Below are positions 23,520-35,043 of a stretch of 64,000 nt of DNA, piece after piece (the first letter of the stretch is position 1; the number at the start of each line of letters is the position of its first letter). The stretch lies in assembly GCA_036630325.1 (NCBI GenBank), contig CP142728.1, positions 186,001 to 250,000 of the forward strand, written 5' to 3'. Both the position numbers and the translations under genes were made by a program. The stretch comes from Vairimorpha necatrix. Its lineage: Eukaryota. The notes beneath the pieces are model-generated. The model saw nothing but the letters and a program-made list of their open reading frames with translations, had not been told where the DNA came from and made no database searches.

Positions 23520-24259
23520 TTTTTTTTGCAAGGAAGAGCTAGTAAGAAATCTTACATAGTAACCAGAGGGATTTAATTGTGCTCCTTATACAACTGGTAC
23601 CGTGAGATTATTAGTCACACACCATTCAAAAAACTTGCCGGATCTATTGGACTATGGTTTTAGAACCCCTTTTCCATTTATGCCCCAAATCGTGCCCAGA
23701 TTGACCTCACTGCGGATATACTTGACGGGCATTATTTTATATGGCCCATGGGGAGACATCATTGTACTAACTCATTGCCCCCACAATCATATGTATCGCC
23801 TATACGGCTCCTTACACTTCACATCACCAGACCGGCATTTTATTGGACTGCGTTGACCAACAAGTTCCAAAGTTTCAACCGCGGTGCTAAAGAATCTTGT
23901 AGAATAGGGACCACGCTGTCCTCTATTGCTATACTTGTCTAGTTTCTTAATTAGCTCTAGGATCCCACTTTAGAGTGCTCCAGCTATGCTGTGCCCATCA
24001 GATACGCTATTTATCATTAAGTCCCCAGAGGGAGATACTGTTTTCGGCCCCAGGGTGGGTTTCTACACAAGATTCTAATTCCCTCGTGGCTGAACACACA
24101 CAAGTTTCATTGAATCAACATAATGTTTATCTAAACATTTTTATCATCTGAGTTGTTTAAACTGCATCATAGAAAGTAAAACAATTTAATGCCCCTTGGA
24201 TTCAGATCCAGGCATTGCACAATAAGAGTATCGCCTTCGAGGACTGGGCTTAAAGCACC
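23520..24259 (-). mobile_element. SINE-like element, second near-full copy
   Basis: The reverse complement aligns along 17688-18482: T-run plus GCAAG at 23520, accagagggattt, ttagctctaggatcccact, cacacaagtttcattgaatcaac, and a degenerate tRNA head ending gcacc at 24259. Confidence 0.88.
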
Positions 24260-24417
24260 TATAGACTAAAACGTTTCATACAATTTAAAAACTACATTTA
24301 ATCCTTGATCATAGGAGCAATCTAAAATGTAGAGTCAAAATAAGTTTATATTACATTTCTACGCAATTTTTTCTTCGAAGAGGCTTAAAAAGCAATGATA
24401 TCCATTTTATCTTTAAG

Positions 24418-25329
24418 ATGAATCACATCTTTTTAGTTGAAAGACAAATATATATATTTTATATCACACATAACAACCACTACACTGTTTACATGTTTTA
24501 TCTCCTTTTATATTTTCTCACCTTAAATTCTTTTTTCTTTTTTATTAATATTTTACCCTTGTTTATGAATCTTTATTACATATTTTTATTCCTTTGTGAT
24601 ATTCTAGTTAGTTTTTATAGAAATTCTTTTTCCTATTTTATCATAAGCTTAATTGTTCCTAAAGATAAATCATGTCTAGAGAATTTAATTCTGTGCTTAG
24701 TAGACTGGGATCCTTGTTTTGAATATCTGCTACCTTATTTTTCGATTTATTATTATCCCATAGTAAATTACTGGTATAATATTAAGATTAATTTCTCATT
24801 ACAAAAAGATGCCTTATATTTCATACAAGATAATTCTATCTTGTCATGGATTTATTACTTCTTACATTTTAAGATAGAATGTAAAGAATATTATGACGAA
24901 TTTGAAAATAATCACTTACCTTCTTTTGGTATAACTTGGTTTAATTTTCTGCATGTCTTTTATGATTATTCATTTTTAGTGTATAACATTTTAAATCTTG
25001 GATATCTTTATGCAATTTTCAAGTTTAAATATTTTAAAATTTTAGAAACAAACAAACTCAATGAAAAATATAAATCATCAATTTATAATAGCAAATTATT
25101 TTACAAATTTGTTCTTTTCTTTAAACAAAGTACTTTTAGAAATTATTTACTTTTTATTTGTAAGAGTAGATACTTATTTATATACTTTGTTTTGTATGCA
25201 CTTTGGCGTCATGTATATTTTTTAATTAATTCGATAGGCATTGGCAATCCTAATTTTATGTTTTGGATTGCGTGTACTTTTACATTTATATTCTTGATTG
25301 AAAATATGAATAAAAATATAAAAGGCTAA
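24418..25329 (+). CDS. GPI transamidase subunit PIG-U/Gab1-like polytopic membrane protein
   Basis: Multi-TM 303-aa ORF with PSFGITWFNF (compare PNxGLWWYFF) and C-terminal GIGNPNFMFW (compare GxGNANFFY). Confidence 0.7.
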   Translation: MNHIFLVERQIYIFYITHNNHYTVYMFYLLLYFLTLNSFFFFINILPLFMNLYYIFLFLCDILVSFYRNSFSYFIISLIVPKDKSCLENLILCLVDWDPCFEYLLPYFSIYYYPIVNYWYNIKINFSLQKDALYFIQDNSILSWIYYFLHFKIECKEYYDEFENNHLPSFGITWFNFLHVFYDYSFLVYNILNLGYLYAIFKFKYFKILETNKLNEKYKSSIYNSKLFYKFVLFFKQSTFRNYLLFICKSRYLFIYFVLYALWRHVYFLINSIGIGNPNFMFWIACTFTFIFLIENMNKNIKG

Positions 25330-26280
25330 TAATTTGACTTTATTTTTACAAGAACCATATGACGTCATATTTAATTTAAGTCGTATTGTTTATGAAAGTT
25401 TATTGTATAGTAGTTTTGTATTTATATGCATTTATATATCCCTTACAATTAATGGTTATATTATAAGCAACTTATTCAATATACAATTCTATAATGTCCA
25501 AAATCAGTTATTAATTTTTTTGTTTATAATGTACTAGCTAAAGAAGTTCTGTTCGGATCTTGAGATTAACTCATCATTTATGCTCTAGATAGCGTTTAAA
25601 ATATATTTATCTTCTGATTGCCTTATGCTTTCGTTATTTTTATCTTGTTTATGATTTTTCCACATCTATAGGTCGCTGCGGATTTGTTTAACAAAGAACT
25701 CTCGTTTGTTTATATGGTTTCCTTTAAAAGGTGCTTAAGATCTTATATATAAGATCTAGAAGATTAAAACCAATTTTGAATAACTGTAAAGTGAAATTCT
25801 TAAAAACGTAGGTTTTTTCTCCAGCATAACAAGCTCCGCCGAGAAAATTTGACCTGGCTTTAAAACATTTTTCTGTTTCTGGTTATGTCACGTTGGAATA
25901 ATTCGCTGAAAATCATATTATCGAGCACAACTATAAGTGACAAAAAAAAAGAAATTTTATTACAAGCATTTAAACTTTTGCCATCTATTGCATCTCACAC
26001 AAGCCCCATATACCCTCAAAATACGAGTCTCGCATTTATAGGTCTTTGACCCCTTGCCTTCCACAAATTTCGCCGGAGTGTCACAGAACAAAAATCGGAG
26101 ATAAATTAAGGCTACGGACTTACTTCTTTTAATTTCTTAATTCACTATGGGTTCGCATTTAAAAAGCACCAATCCATGCCCTTATTTGCATATATTACTT
26201 TGCGTGTAAGTATCATAAAAACATATTCGGCGAGCCTATGATACATTTATAAATGGATGTAAATATCTTGTAGCAAGATG

Positions 26281-26328
26281 CACACAAGTTTCATTGAATC
26301 AACTTAATTATTGCCGTGGGCACATTTT
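26281..26328 (-). repeat. Short SINE fragment
   Basis: cacacaagtttcattgaatcaacttaat..tt..cgtgg is the reverse complement of ~17810-17855. Confidence 0.75.
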
Positions 26329-26501
26329 TCAGATCAGATTATCTTGAAAATTCTTGAGACAGAATCAAAGTAAACTTTTAGAAAACATCCTGTGTCATTT
26401 ATGCATCAACACAATGCTTACGATCACTAAGCTACGTTAAACTTTCTAAATAATATTTTGATTTTTACAAGATATAATTTTTTTCAGTTTTTCCCCTTCA
26501 T

Positions 26502-26930
26502 ATGATAAATATGCTTATTTCTCTGGTTGTCGTAATTATCTGCGCTATAATATTAAAGCTCTATACTTGTAAGACCAATAACTCTGTCAGAAAACATCCT
26601 AAAGGCGACTATGTACTAAAAATAATAATTAATAAGAAGATAAATGACGATCTATCTTTAATTCTTAATCTCATGAAAGATTCCCTTTTTAAAGTCTTTC
26701 CTTCCTTAACAAATGATCCCGATTTATACGCAAAATGGCGAAAATCAGGAGAGGCCAAGATTGTCCTGGTTGGAACAAGTGAAAATATGCAAAAAGCATA
26801 TGAACAAGGGAAAACTAAGAAGATACTAGTTACTAGTAAAATGCATGGTAATGAGATGTCATTACTTGTAGTAGGACCAGGACTTAAATCAGAAATCAAT
26901 GAATTTACTAGCGACTTTAGATTATTCTAG
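26502..26930 (+). CDS. PTH2: Peptidyl-tRNA hydrolase 2 (PTH2)-like protein with N-terminal TM
   Basis: W..SGEAKIVL, LLVVGPG..SEINEFTSDFRLF (compare W..GQ.KIVL, GIGP....ID.VTG.LKL). N-terminal hydrophobic anchor. CCCC upstream. Confidence 0.75.
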   Translation: MINMLISLVVVIICAIILKLYTCKTNNSVRKHPKGDYVLKIIINKKINDDLSLILNLMKDSLFKVFPSLTNDPDLYAKWRKSGEAKIVLVGTSENMQKAYEQGKTKKILVTSKMHGNEMSLLVVGPGLKSEINEFTSDFRLF

Positions 26931-29240
26931 TACAAAAAACAATAATAAAAAATACTTTTATGGTAAAAAATAAAAAACTACGACAATTAAACATATAAGT
27001 TAATATACATTTCTTAGACTTGTCTAAATATTAATAATATATATTAAGTACATCTGAAGATTGTTTTTATAAGTTAAAACACCATTTCCTGTCTAAAATA
27101 TCGCGAAATCTATAATATATGAGCTAAGATTATATTTACAGGGGAGCGTATATTGAAGACAGCCCTCAGTGCAGTCATTCCATGTTTCATTTTGACATTA
27201 CTTATATCGTTTTCGGCATACATTCAAAGATGCTTGCATCCACAAATTTTAAACAGCCATCTTTTTACACGTACATAAATATGTATTAGCTGCTGCCTTA
27301 ATCGCCAATGCAAAATGGCAAGACTTTCTTCCCTGCAGCTTTTGATCATATCCTTGTTAGTAGATCCAAAGAGGCAGACTTCAAAGCTCCTTAGAAACAA
27401 TAGGCCATTTTTATGCTCCAAAGATGTTCAGGATCGAGCTTCTCGATTTTCTCTAGTAACATATAAAGCTCTAAATCAGTGCAATTGCACATGGATTATT
27501 CTTGTCCCCGATTTATACCTCAGATAATTCACATGTATTGTTTTTACCTCCTTGTCTTTTAATTCTCGACTAGCGTAGTCCAATTTCTGTTCGTGTTTTC
27601 AACCTCACCTAAAAATATTTCTTTAATCTTATTTAAAAACGCAAAAAAAAAACGGGCCATTAATGGTTAAATTCTAAATGTACAATTCTTATGTATGATT
27701 TTGTTTCAGCTCAAAATTTTTCATAATATCCTGCACTTGGTCCACGTATCTATTTCGGCTTCTGTGATATATATTATTTTAAAATAAAAGGAAATCTTTC
27801 TAACTATCACGCATTGTCTTTTCATAGAAGCAACATTCGACATTATATCACACTTGGTAACAAAATTCAAACAGTTCTCGAAATTTACATAATTTAACTG
27901 ACACAGAATATATTTTATCCTGTAAAAAAAATTGAATATGAACAGCAGAATATTATTTTTAGATCAAAAAAAGTTTCATACTTTCTATGTAATTGGTAAA
28001 TTACTGTGCTTTTATTATATTTAGATACCTTTCGTTAAGTTTATTCACATCGTTATTTGATTTTAAATTAATTAAATGATGAGGTTTCATAAAATCAATA
28101 ACCGCACACGTCATCAACGAAAGACTTTCGACAACACTTCAAACTTGAATTTTCTTTTTATGGTTTTTTAACTATTTAATTTTATATTAAAAACAGTCAA
28201 TATTTTTATCCCATGAATATATTCTGTTTATTTTGCGTGCTTGTATCAAGCACAAATAATTCAATATCTTCATTGTATAATTTATTAACAAATAATGAAA
28301 TACTCTACGAAATCTGTGAAGACACAGCCTATTATGTTAAAAATTCTGAATTTATCAATATTAACACCTCAGATGAAAAAAATCATTACGCTCTTATAAG
28401 TATAAAATCAAACCAAATCGAATTAAAAACATCTTTTAAATCATTTAAAACCATTAAATTTGATAATTTGTGGTCAATAAACAACTACTCTTTTGAGCTC
28501 TCTTTATTAATAGCCGATTTGACAACTAAGCTGTGTAACGAGAATCTTCCCGCCAAAACGGAAATATACGTCGACGTATTTTCAAATGAACAATTTCATA
28601 GAATCAACGAGTCTCGTAAAGAAAAAGAAGATTTTTTCATTACTTTACTAAAAAAGAACACGATACATTCGTTTTATAACTTAACTAGTTTACTTAAAAG
28701 AGTATCTTCACCACATTACCAAAAAATATTTTTTAGTGGTAAAGATAAAAATTTTATTTTTCCTTTACCATCATCATTTGAGATAGTCGATAACTTAATT
28801 TACAAAGAAAAAGGTCTACGTCTAATTTCTAATGAAATATTTTCTAGTAAAAATTTTAATGAAAAAATGAAAATTAGTAAATATTTTGATGGATTCGTAA
28901 TTTATATGATATTAATGATATCAAATGAAAACCAATATGCAGTAGATTTCTGTTCAGGACTTTTAAACAATGGTATGGTTTATAGCAAATGTTATAACGG
29001 GCTTATAACCAGCATTTTGATATATTTATTAAATGATCCCGGGTATGACAACTATTTCAAAACATCGTGGACATTCAAGAAAACTTTAAAAAAAGAATTA
29101 AAGAAATTGTCATTAAAATTACAAACTAAAGACGAGTTAATTAGTTATTTATTAGAAATCATGTCTAATTATGAAATATATCAGAAGAAAACATATAAAT
29201 TTGAAGAAACAGAAAATTTATCCAAAGTTTTATTGAAAAC

Positions 29241-29465
29241 TATGATATCCTAAATATCATACGATATGTTTACTAACATTTCCCTCCAAATTTGACATCT
29301 TTCCCTCCAAGTCCAATACTTTTCCCTCCGATAAATATTTAAACATTTTATCCATCGAGGGGTACGAGATGAATAAAGAACAGGAAACAAGAAGAATAAC
29401 CAATACGGTTAACAAACAAATAAATATTAATATTCTTGACATGTTCTTAAGTGGTGGATACCACA
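29241..29465 (+). repeat. 5' LTR (225 bp)
   Basis: TATGATATCC...GGATACCACA, with three internal TTTCCCTCC repeats. Confidence 0.93.
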
Positions 29466-32400
29466 AGTTAAATTTAACCAAGCTGTATCCTAAACTAAAC
29501 AAAAGGATAAAAACTGAATCTATCAAAGAAATGATCAGCTTTGAAGTCAAAATCAAAGGCCTAAAGGAGCCAATTATTAAACAATTAGAAAAAGTGAAAT
29601 ATATTGAAAAAACCAACATGTTAAAATGGTTTAAAAAATTTGAAGACATTAGCAATAAACTAGAATGGAACGATGAAGAGAATCTAATAGTACTGCAGAA
29701 TGTAATTGAAGGTTATGAAAATCAATATGGAAATGATGCTAAGACGTACGCGAAATTAAAGGAAGAGATCTTAAGTATAGCCTATCCAAAAAACCTATTC
29801 TCTTCGGCGGGTGTAAGAGTGCTAGAAATAAAACAGACTAATTATGACCTAATAGAGGAGATGATTACGGAAATTCAGACCAAATTAGAAGTGGCGTCGT
29901 ATCTAGAAAAATATACTAAGAATGAATACGAAAGAAGATTTAATGAAGTATGCCTAAATTCGTTAACAGAGGCCACTAAAGATTATGTTATGAAAGCTGG
30001 TGTAAAGAACGTCAAAGAAATTATACACTTACTAATAACTCTGGAGAAGGAACTAATCGCTAGAATACATAGTGATTTAGATCGAGCCAGAAGTACCTCG
30101 ACCGACGTTAGAGAACCAATGCTACGAAATGAAATGAATCGATGGTGTAGCTTGCATAGGTCAAGAACACATAACACTAGTGACTGCTTTAGTAGGAATA
30201 AAAGAAACGAAGATAGGAGTAGCAAAATAAAGAAAGAGGAATTTAAATCCAATAAAGATATTACGTTTTCCCATTGTAAAGTAATTTTAAAAGAAAAATC
30301 CGAGTATCTAACAGTAAAACTACCCGTGTATATTAACGGCCAGACTGTAATCGCCATATTGGATACGGGCTGCACTAAAAACCTAGTAAGCGTAGACAAG
30401 GTGAACCAACTAGGGATCACTACGAGGAAGGGCATCGGAGTAAACTTTATATTTGGTAACGGACACCAGGAGATGTCAGGAGAGATTATAGAAGAAAACA
30501 TTCGAATAAGCAGTCTAAATATTGAAATCCCAACAAGACTGCACGTAATAAGAGAACTATCGGCCGACATAATATTGGGGGTAGAATTCTTAAGTGAGAA
30601 TCAAATCATCCTCAACTTTGCCACCCAAACAATCTGTAATAACCAAAGGATTATCAATATGGTTAACGGATTACCACTTCCATACGAGGAAAACAGAGAT
30701 TTACTATTGCAAAGATGTTTTGCCATAAACGAAAAGAATGTCAGCACCGAGAACACCTCGAAGATATTAAAATACATGAAAAACAATGAGTTATTCAAAG
30801 AGATGAAAATCAAGAGAATTGCATTTGAACTGAGCAACAAAGGGAACTTAAGACTGACAAATAAAAAATACACGATCCCACCCAAGTACCTTGATGCAAC
30901 TAAGCAGGAGATAAAAAGACTGTTGAAAGAGAAAATTATCAAATACAGTGAAAGTAAGTACAGCAGCCCCGCATTCGTCATTGCCAAGAAAAATAACGAA
31001 ATAAGGCTAGTAGTAGATTATAGGGAATTGAACCAAAATATAGTTGATGAAATGGATTTACTACCTAAGATAAAAGATATGATGAACGAGGTCAAGGGTG
31101 CAAAGTATTTCACTAAAATCGACCTAAAAAACGGATTCAATCAGGTACCCATAGAAGAAAATTCCATGAGTCTGACCAGTTTTAAAATTTTAGGAAATGT
31201 TTACAAATATACAAGAATCCCATTCGGCATTAAATCAGGCCCCAAACTATTTCAAAGAACGATAAATAAAATATTGGCAGAGATACCCAATGTAGTAGTA
31301 TATATTGATGATATTTTAATATACACCTTAACCAAAGAGGAACATAATACGATTTTAAACCAAGTACTAGACAGATTATCCAGTTATAAAATAAAAATTA
31401 ACTTCGAAAAGAGTATATTTGCGGTTAAAGAAGTCGAGATGTTAGGCATGATTATAAATGAAAAGGAAATAAAGCCTAATGTAAGTAATATAGGTAAAGT
31501 ATTAGTAAAGTTAGATATAACAAAACGACGGGAGCTACAGAAAATCCTAGGAATCTTAAACTGGTACAGAGAGTTTGTGCCCAATTTTAGTGCCAAAGTC
31601 ATGAATTTAACTGATAAACTGAAGGGAGCTGAGCAAAAGAAAGAATTAACAGAGAGCGAGAAGCAAAATATACGGGCCTTAGTCAATGAAATTAAGGAAA
31701 ATGGAAAACTGGTGGCCCCGAAATATGAGGAAGAATTTTGTCTACAAACTGATGCATCGGATAAAGCCATGGGAGCGGTATTGTTTCAACAACACGGATG
31801 CATAGGTTATTACAGCAAGAAATTTACCGACGCCGAAGCAAACTACACAATTGTCGAAAAAGAAATGTTCGCAATATTGCAAAGCCTAATATTCTTTAAA
31901 GGAATTGTAATGGGATACCCAGTTAAAGTTATGTGCGATAACAGAAATTGCCTATTTGATACCCAAAATAATAATAGCAGAATGATAAGATGGAAGATGA
32001 TGCTCAATGAATATAATCTTACACTAGAAGGCATAGAGGGAAAAAGAAATGTAATTGCGGATCATCTATCGCGGTCGCCCACAGAAGAAATATTACAAAT
32101 TAAAACAGACAATGAAAAAGAAGAAAAGGAAGTATTTAAGGAAACCTTAGCTGTTCCGGGAACTAAGAAAAACGACAAACTACACATAAAGTCTAGTGAA
32201 AGTGAAAATTTTATTAAAAGCATGCATTTAAAAAGCAAGCATGCAGGAATGTTTGTTTTATATTATAACTTGAAAGATTATTACTATATATACAAAATGA
32301 AGGAAATTATTAAAAAGGTAGTCAGCAGTTGTCAAAACTGTAAACATAACAAAAAATTTAGCTATCACAAACTCGAAGATAAAATGGGAATCACAGCCAA

Positions 32401-33103
32401 AACACCGTTTGAAAAAATATGTTCAGATATTTACGGTCCATCAAGGATAAACAATACAAAATGGTTCATATTGACGATCATCGACGTTTATACCAGGTAT
32501 ACAAAGGTGTATAAATTAAGAGAAATCACAAACAATAGAGTGGTCGAGTGTTTTGAAAAATGGTGCAGGGAGTTCCATTATCCTAAAACTATAATTACAG
32601 ACAACGGAACACAGTATACAAGTAATCTAGTTAAAAACTTTGCAAACGAAAATAATATAAATCTCATACATGTACCAAAATACCACCCACAGAGCAATGG
32701 CATCTGTGAGAGAACAAATACCACTATATCGGAAATAATCAGGTTATACAAATCAGAGCCGCTTGAGAAAATACTAGAAAACATCGAAATTAGATTAAAT
32801 AAAAACTTCAGAAGATCAATAGGCTGCGCCCCTGAAGAGCTAGTCACGGGGAATAATCAATTTGACCCTAAAGGAAGAGTGCGGCTTAAGAAGATAACAA
32901 AGACCGCGAAGAAGAATCTGGAGAATAAAAAGATCAAGAAAGTAAAAATAGGAGATAAGGTGTATGTAAGAAACTTTCTAGCTAAGAAGTGGGAAAAGGC
33001 GTTCACGGGACCATACCTAGTAGAATCAGTTGGTAAGAATGGCAGGTGGTTCAAAGTCAAAGGAGTCTACGAGTGGATTCACATTGCCGACACCAAACTC
33101 TAA
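29369..33103 (+). CDS. Gag-Pol polyprotein, single uninterrupted ORF
   Basis: Knuckle CSLHRSRTHNTSDC, protease LDTG, RT IDLKNGF/PFG/YIDD, RNase H TDAS/ADHLSR, integrase H-x4-H/CxxC, SD..TDNGTQY..SNGICER, GPY motif. Confidence 0.96.
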   Translation: MNKEQETRRITNTVNKQININILDMFLSGGYHKLNLTKLYPKLNKRIKTESIKEMISFEVKIKGLKEPIIKQLEKVKYIEKTNMLKWFKKFEDISNKLEWNDEENLIVLQNVIEGYENQYGNDAKTYAKLKEEILSIAYPKNLFSSAGVRVLEIKQTNYDLIEEMITEIQTKLEVASYLEKYTKNEYERRFNEVCLNSLTEATKDYVMKAGVKNVKEIIHLLITLEKELIARIHSDLDRARSTSTDVREPMLRNEMNRWCSLHRSRTHNTSDCFSRNKRNEDRSSKIKKEEFKSNKDITFSHCKVILKEKSEYLTVKLPVYINGQTVIAILDTGCTKNLVSVDKVNQLGITTRKGIGVNFIFGNGHQEMSGEIIEENIRISSLNIEIPTRLHVIRELSADIILGVEFLSENQIILNFATQTICNNQRIINMVNGLPLPYEENRDLLLQRCFAINEKNVSTENTSKILKYMKNNELFKEMKIKRIAFELSNKGNLRLTNKKYTIPPKYLDATKQEIKRLLKEKIIKYSESKYSSPAFVIAKKNNEIRLVVDYRELNQNIVDEMDLLPKIKDMMNEVKGAKYFTKIDLKNGFNQVPIEENSMSLTSFKILGNVYKYTRIPFGIKSGPKLFQRTINKILAEIPNVVVYIDDILIYTLTKEEHNTILNQVLDRLSSYKIKINFEKSIFAVKEVEMLGMIINEKEIKPNVSNIGKVLVKLDITKRRELQKILGILNWYREFVPNFSAKVMNLTDKLKGAEQKKELTESEKQNIRALVNEIKENGKLVAPKYEEEFCLQTDASDKAMGAVLFQQHGCIGYYSKKFTDAEANYTIVEKEMFAILQSLIFFKGIVMGYPVKVMCDNRNCLFDTQNNNSRMIRWKMMLNEYNLTLEGIEGKRNVIADHLSRSPTEEILQIKTDNEKEEKEVFKETLAVPGTKKNDKLHIKSSESENFIKSMHLKSKHAGMFVLYYNLKDYYYIYKMKEIIKKVVSSCQNCKHNKKFSYHKLEDKMGITAKTPFEKICSDIYGPSRINNTKWFILTIIDVYTRYTKVYKLREITNNRVVECFEKWCREFHYPKTIITDNGTQYTSNLVKNFANENNINLIHVPKYHPQSNGICERTNTTISEIIRLYKSEPLEKILENIEIRLNKNFRRSIGCAPEELVTGNNQFDPKGRVRLKKITKTAKKNLENKKIKKVKIGDKVYVRNFLAKKWEKAFTGPYLVESVGKNGRWFKVKGVYEWIHIADTKL

Positions 33104-33122
33104 AATGATGGGAGAGGCAGAT

Positions 33123-33347
33123 TATGATATCCTAAATATCATACGATATGTTTACTAACATTTCCCTCCAAATTTGACATCTTTCCCTCCAAGTCCAATA
33201 CTTTTCCCTCCGATAAATATTTAAACATTTTATCCATCGAGGGGTACGAGATGAATAAAGAACAGGAAACAAGAAGAATAACCAATACGGTTAACAAACA
33301 AATAAATATTAATATTCTTGACATGTTCTTAAGTGGTGGATACCACA
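33123..33347 (+). repeat. 3' LTR (225 bp)
   Basis: Matches the 5' LTR. Confidence 0.93.
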
Positions 33348-34150
33348 AAAACAATTATAAAAAATTTTAATCTTACTTGTATTAAAGACATACAGGCACT
33401 TATAGACAATGAGTTTAGTTCTAAAACTTTTTGTAATCAGAAACTTGTAGAATATTTGGCATTATTACTTGATTCTGTCCATAGCAGATATAAATTTTAT
33501 TTTAAGTTGTGCTCCGAGATTGACAGAAAAATTTCTTTTGATGAGTTGATGGCTGAGTCTGGTCATTTGTTATTAAAATATGATAAAAAAATGTATCGTA
33601 GTGATGTGGCTTTTATAAATGAAAAAATGAAGAAATTGACATACACGGAAAGTAATAAAATTGAAAGTGAAAGAAGTTTAATGGAATTTCTTAATGAAGT
33701 TTATAAAAATGAATAAAAATTTTATCTATTTATATAAAAAACATTTGATAATTGATTACTTATAGAAATATACATCAAAAAACTTTTAAATCGATATTGA
33801 ATCCTTAATTGAGTTCTATAATTATTGCAAATACATATAGAAATATACATTAAAAAACTTACAAATCGATATTAAATTTTTATATGAGTTCCATACTTAG
33901 TGCAAATACATATATAAATACTATACTAATATTGAAAAATTTTACTCAAATTTTTTTTAGACCTTTGCCGACTAGATCTAACAAAATAGCTAATTTAAGA
34001 GTTAATTTTAAAAGTTAATTTATACATAATTGATTAAATGTATTATTAAAAATCTATTTTTTAATTTTATACTTTTTTATTCATTTTTTAGCACATATAT
34101 TCTTCTTTATTGTTTATTGTTTTAATAATTTTTACACCCCATACAAGTTT

Positions 34151-34885
34151 ATGTATTTAGATTTAGATTTTTGTAGATTCATTTTCTTATTATTTTCTCT
34201 TATCACACATCATTTCCTTTCTAATCTTCTCATTTCTGATTTTCTTCCCAAATTTCTTAAACATTTTACTGTTTTCTTTCAATTTACCAGTGTCTTATTT
34301 TTATGTTTATGCGCATTAAGAAGGGGATACGTGAATTACGAGTCTAAAGAAAACATAACATTAAGCACAAGATACTGTAAATTTTGTAAACATTACAAAC
34401 CTGTTAGAGCACACCATTGTAGCAGATGTAAAAAATGTATAAAAAAGATGGATCATCATTGTATGTGGATAGGAGTCTGTGTAAATTATGACAATCATGG
34501 CGACTTTATGCGCTTTCTTTTTTTTTCTGTTTTGAGTACTTCGATATCTTTTTCTGGTTATATTTATTTGATTTTTAAAAAAGAGTTGTCTAATCAAATG
34601 AAAGTTTTACTTGCTTATTTATTACTTTATTCATTTTTAGTTAGTCTTTTTTGTGGAATTATGTTTAATATTCAAGCAGGGTTAGTTAGTAAAAATATTA
34701 CATTTATAGAAGATCAACATTATTTTTATAATGAAGAAAGGTCTGCGTATGACAAAGGACTTGTAAATAATTGGAATGAGGTTATGGGGAGTATGAGATT
34801 ATTATGGATGTGTAGACCAAATGGGAATGGAATGAATTATGTAAGAAATGATGGATTAGAAAATGATGATATAAGTTTTGTATAG
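34151..34885 (+). CDS. DHHC palmitoyltransferase
   Basis: C..C...KPVRAHHCSRCKKCIKKMDHHCMWIGVCV..N...F..F, NITFIE, YDKGLVNNWNEVMG. Confidence 0.96.
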   Translation: MYLDLDFCRFIFLLFSLITHHFLSNLLISDFLPKFLKHFTVFFQFTSVLFLCLCALRRGYVNYESKENITLSTRYCKFCKHYKPVRAHHCSRCKKCIKKMDHHCMWIGVCVNYDNHGDFMRFLFFSVLSTSISFSGYIYLIFKKELSNQMKVLLAYLLLYSFLVSLFCGIMFNIQAGLVSKNITFIEDQHYFYNEERSAYDKGLVNNWNEVMGSMRLLWMCRPNGNGMNYVRNDGLENDDISFV

Positions 34886-35043
34886 AAAAAAGCAAATTAC
34901 ATAATAAACTAATCTAAAATATTATAAAATAAACTATTCTATAATAAACAATAATAAAGTATTCTATAATAAAATATTATTAAAAAATTTACAAGTTTCT
35001 TAATAATTTGTTCGTTTTTAATTATGCGCCTTTTACCCCAGAG

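Larger units (their letters stand above)
29241..33347 (+). mobile_element. Intact Ty3/Gypsy LTR retrotransposon
   Basis: 225-bp LTRs at 29241-29465 and 33123-33347, identical on reading. TSD AAAAC at 29236-29240 and 33348-33352. PPT GATGGGAGAGGCAG before the 3' LTR. Confidence 0.96.
28213..33716 (+). pseudogene. Host gene for a hypothetical secreted protein, interrupted by the LTR retrotransposon (pieces 28213-29240 and 33353-33716)
   Basis: Removing the element plus one AAAAC TSD fuses ...SKVLLKT|IIKNFNLTC... in frame (1028+364=1392 nt, 463 aa). N-terminal signal-like segment, CCC before the ATG. Confidence 0.88.

Noticed and set aside
25960-26100. Minus-strand CDTPAK...CVRC resembling a CACTA/EnSpm transposase motif
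   Set aside because: The spacing is atypical, the frame is short, and I found no TIRs. BLASTX would be needed.
27160-27760. Possible decayed gene or transposase
   Set aside because: Slightly GC-richer sequence with short ORFs, but no motif I can assign.
29257-33354. Antisense ORFs over Gag-Pol and the LTRs, and similar shadows over other genes
   Set aside because: They are opposite-strand shadows of real coding sequence with no motifs.
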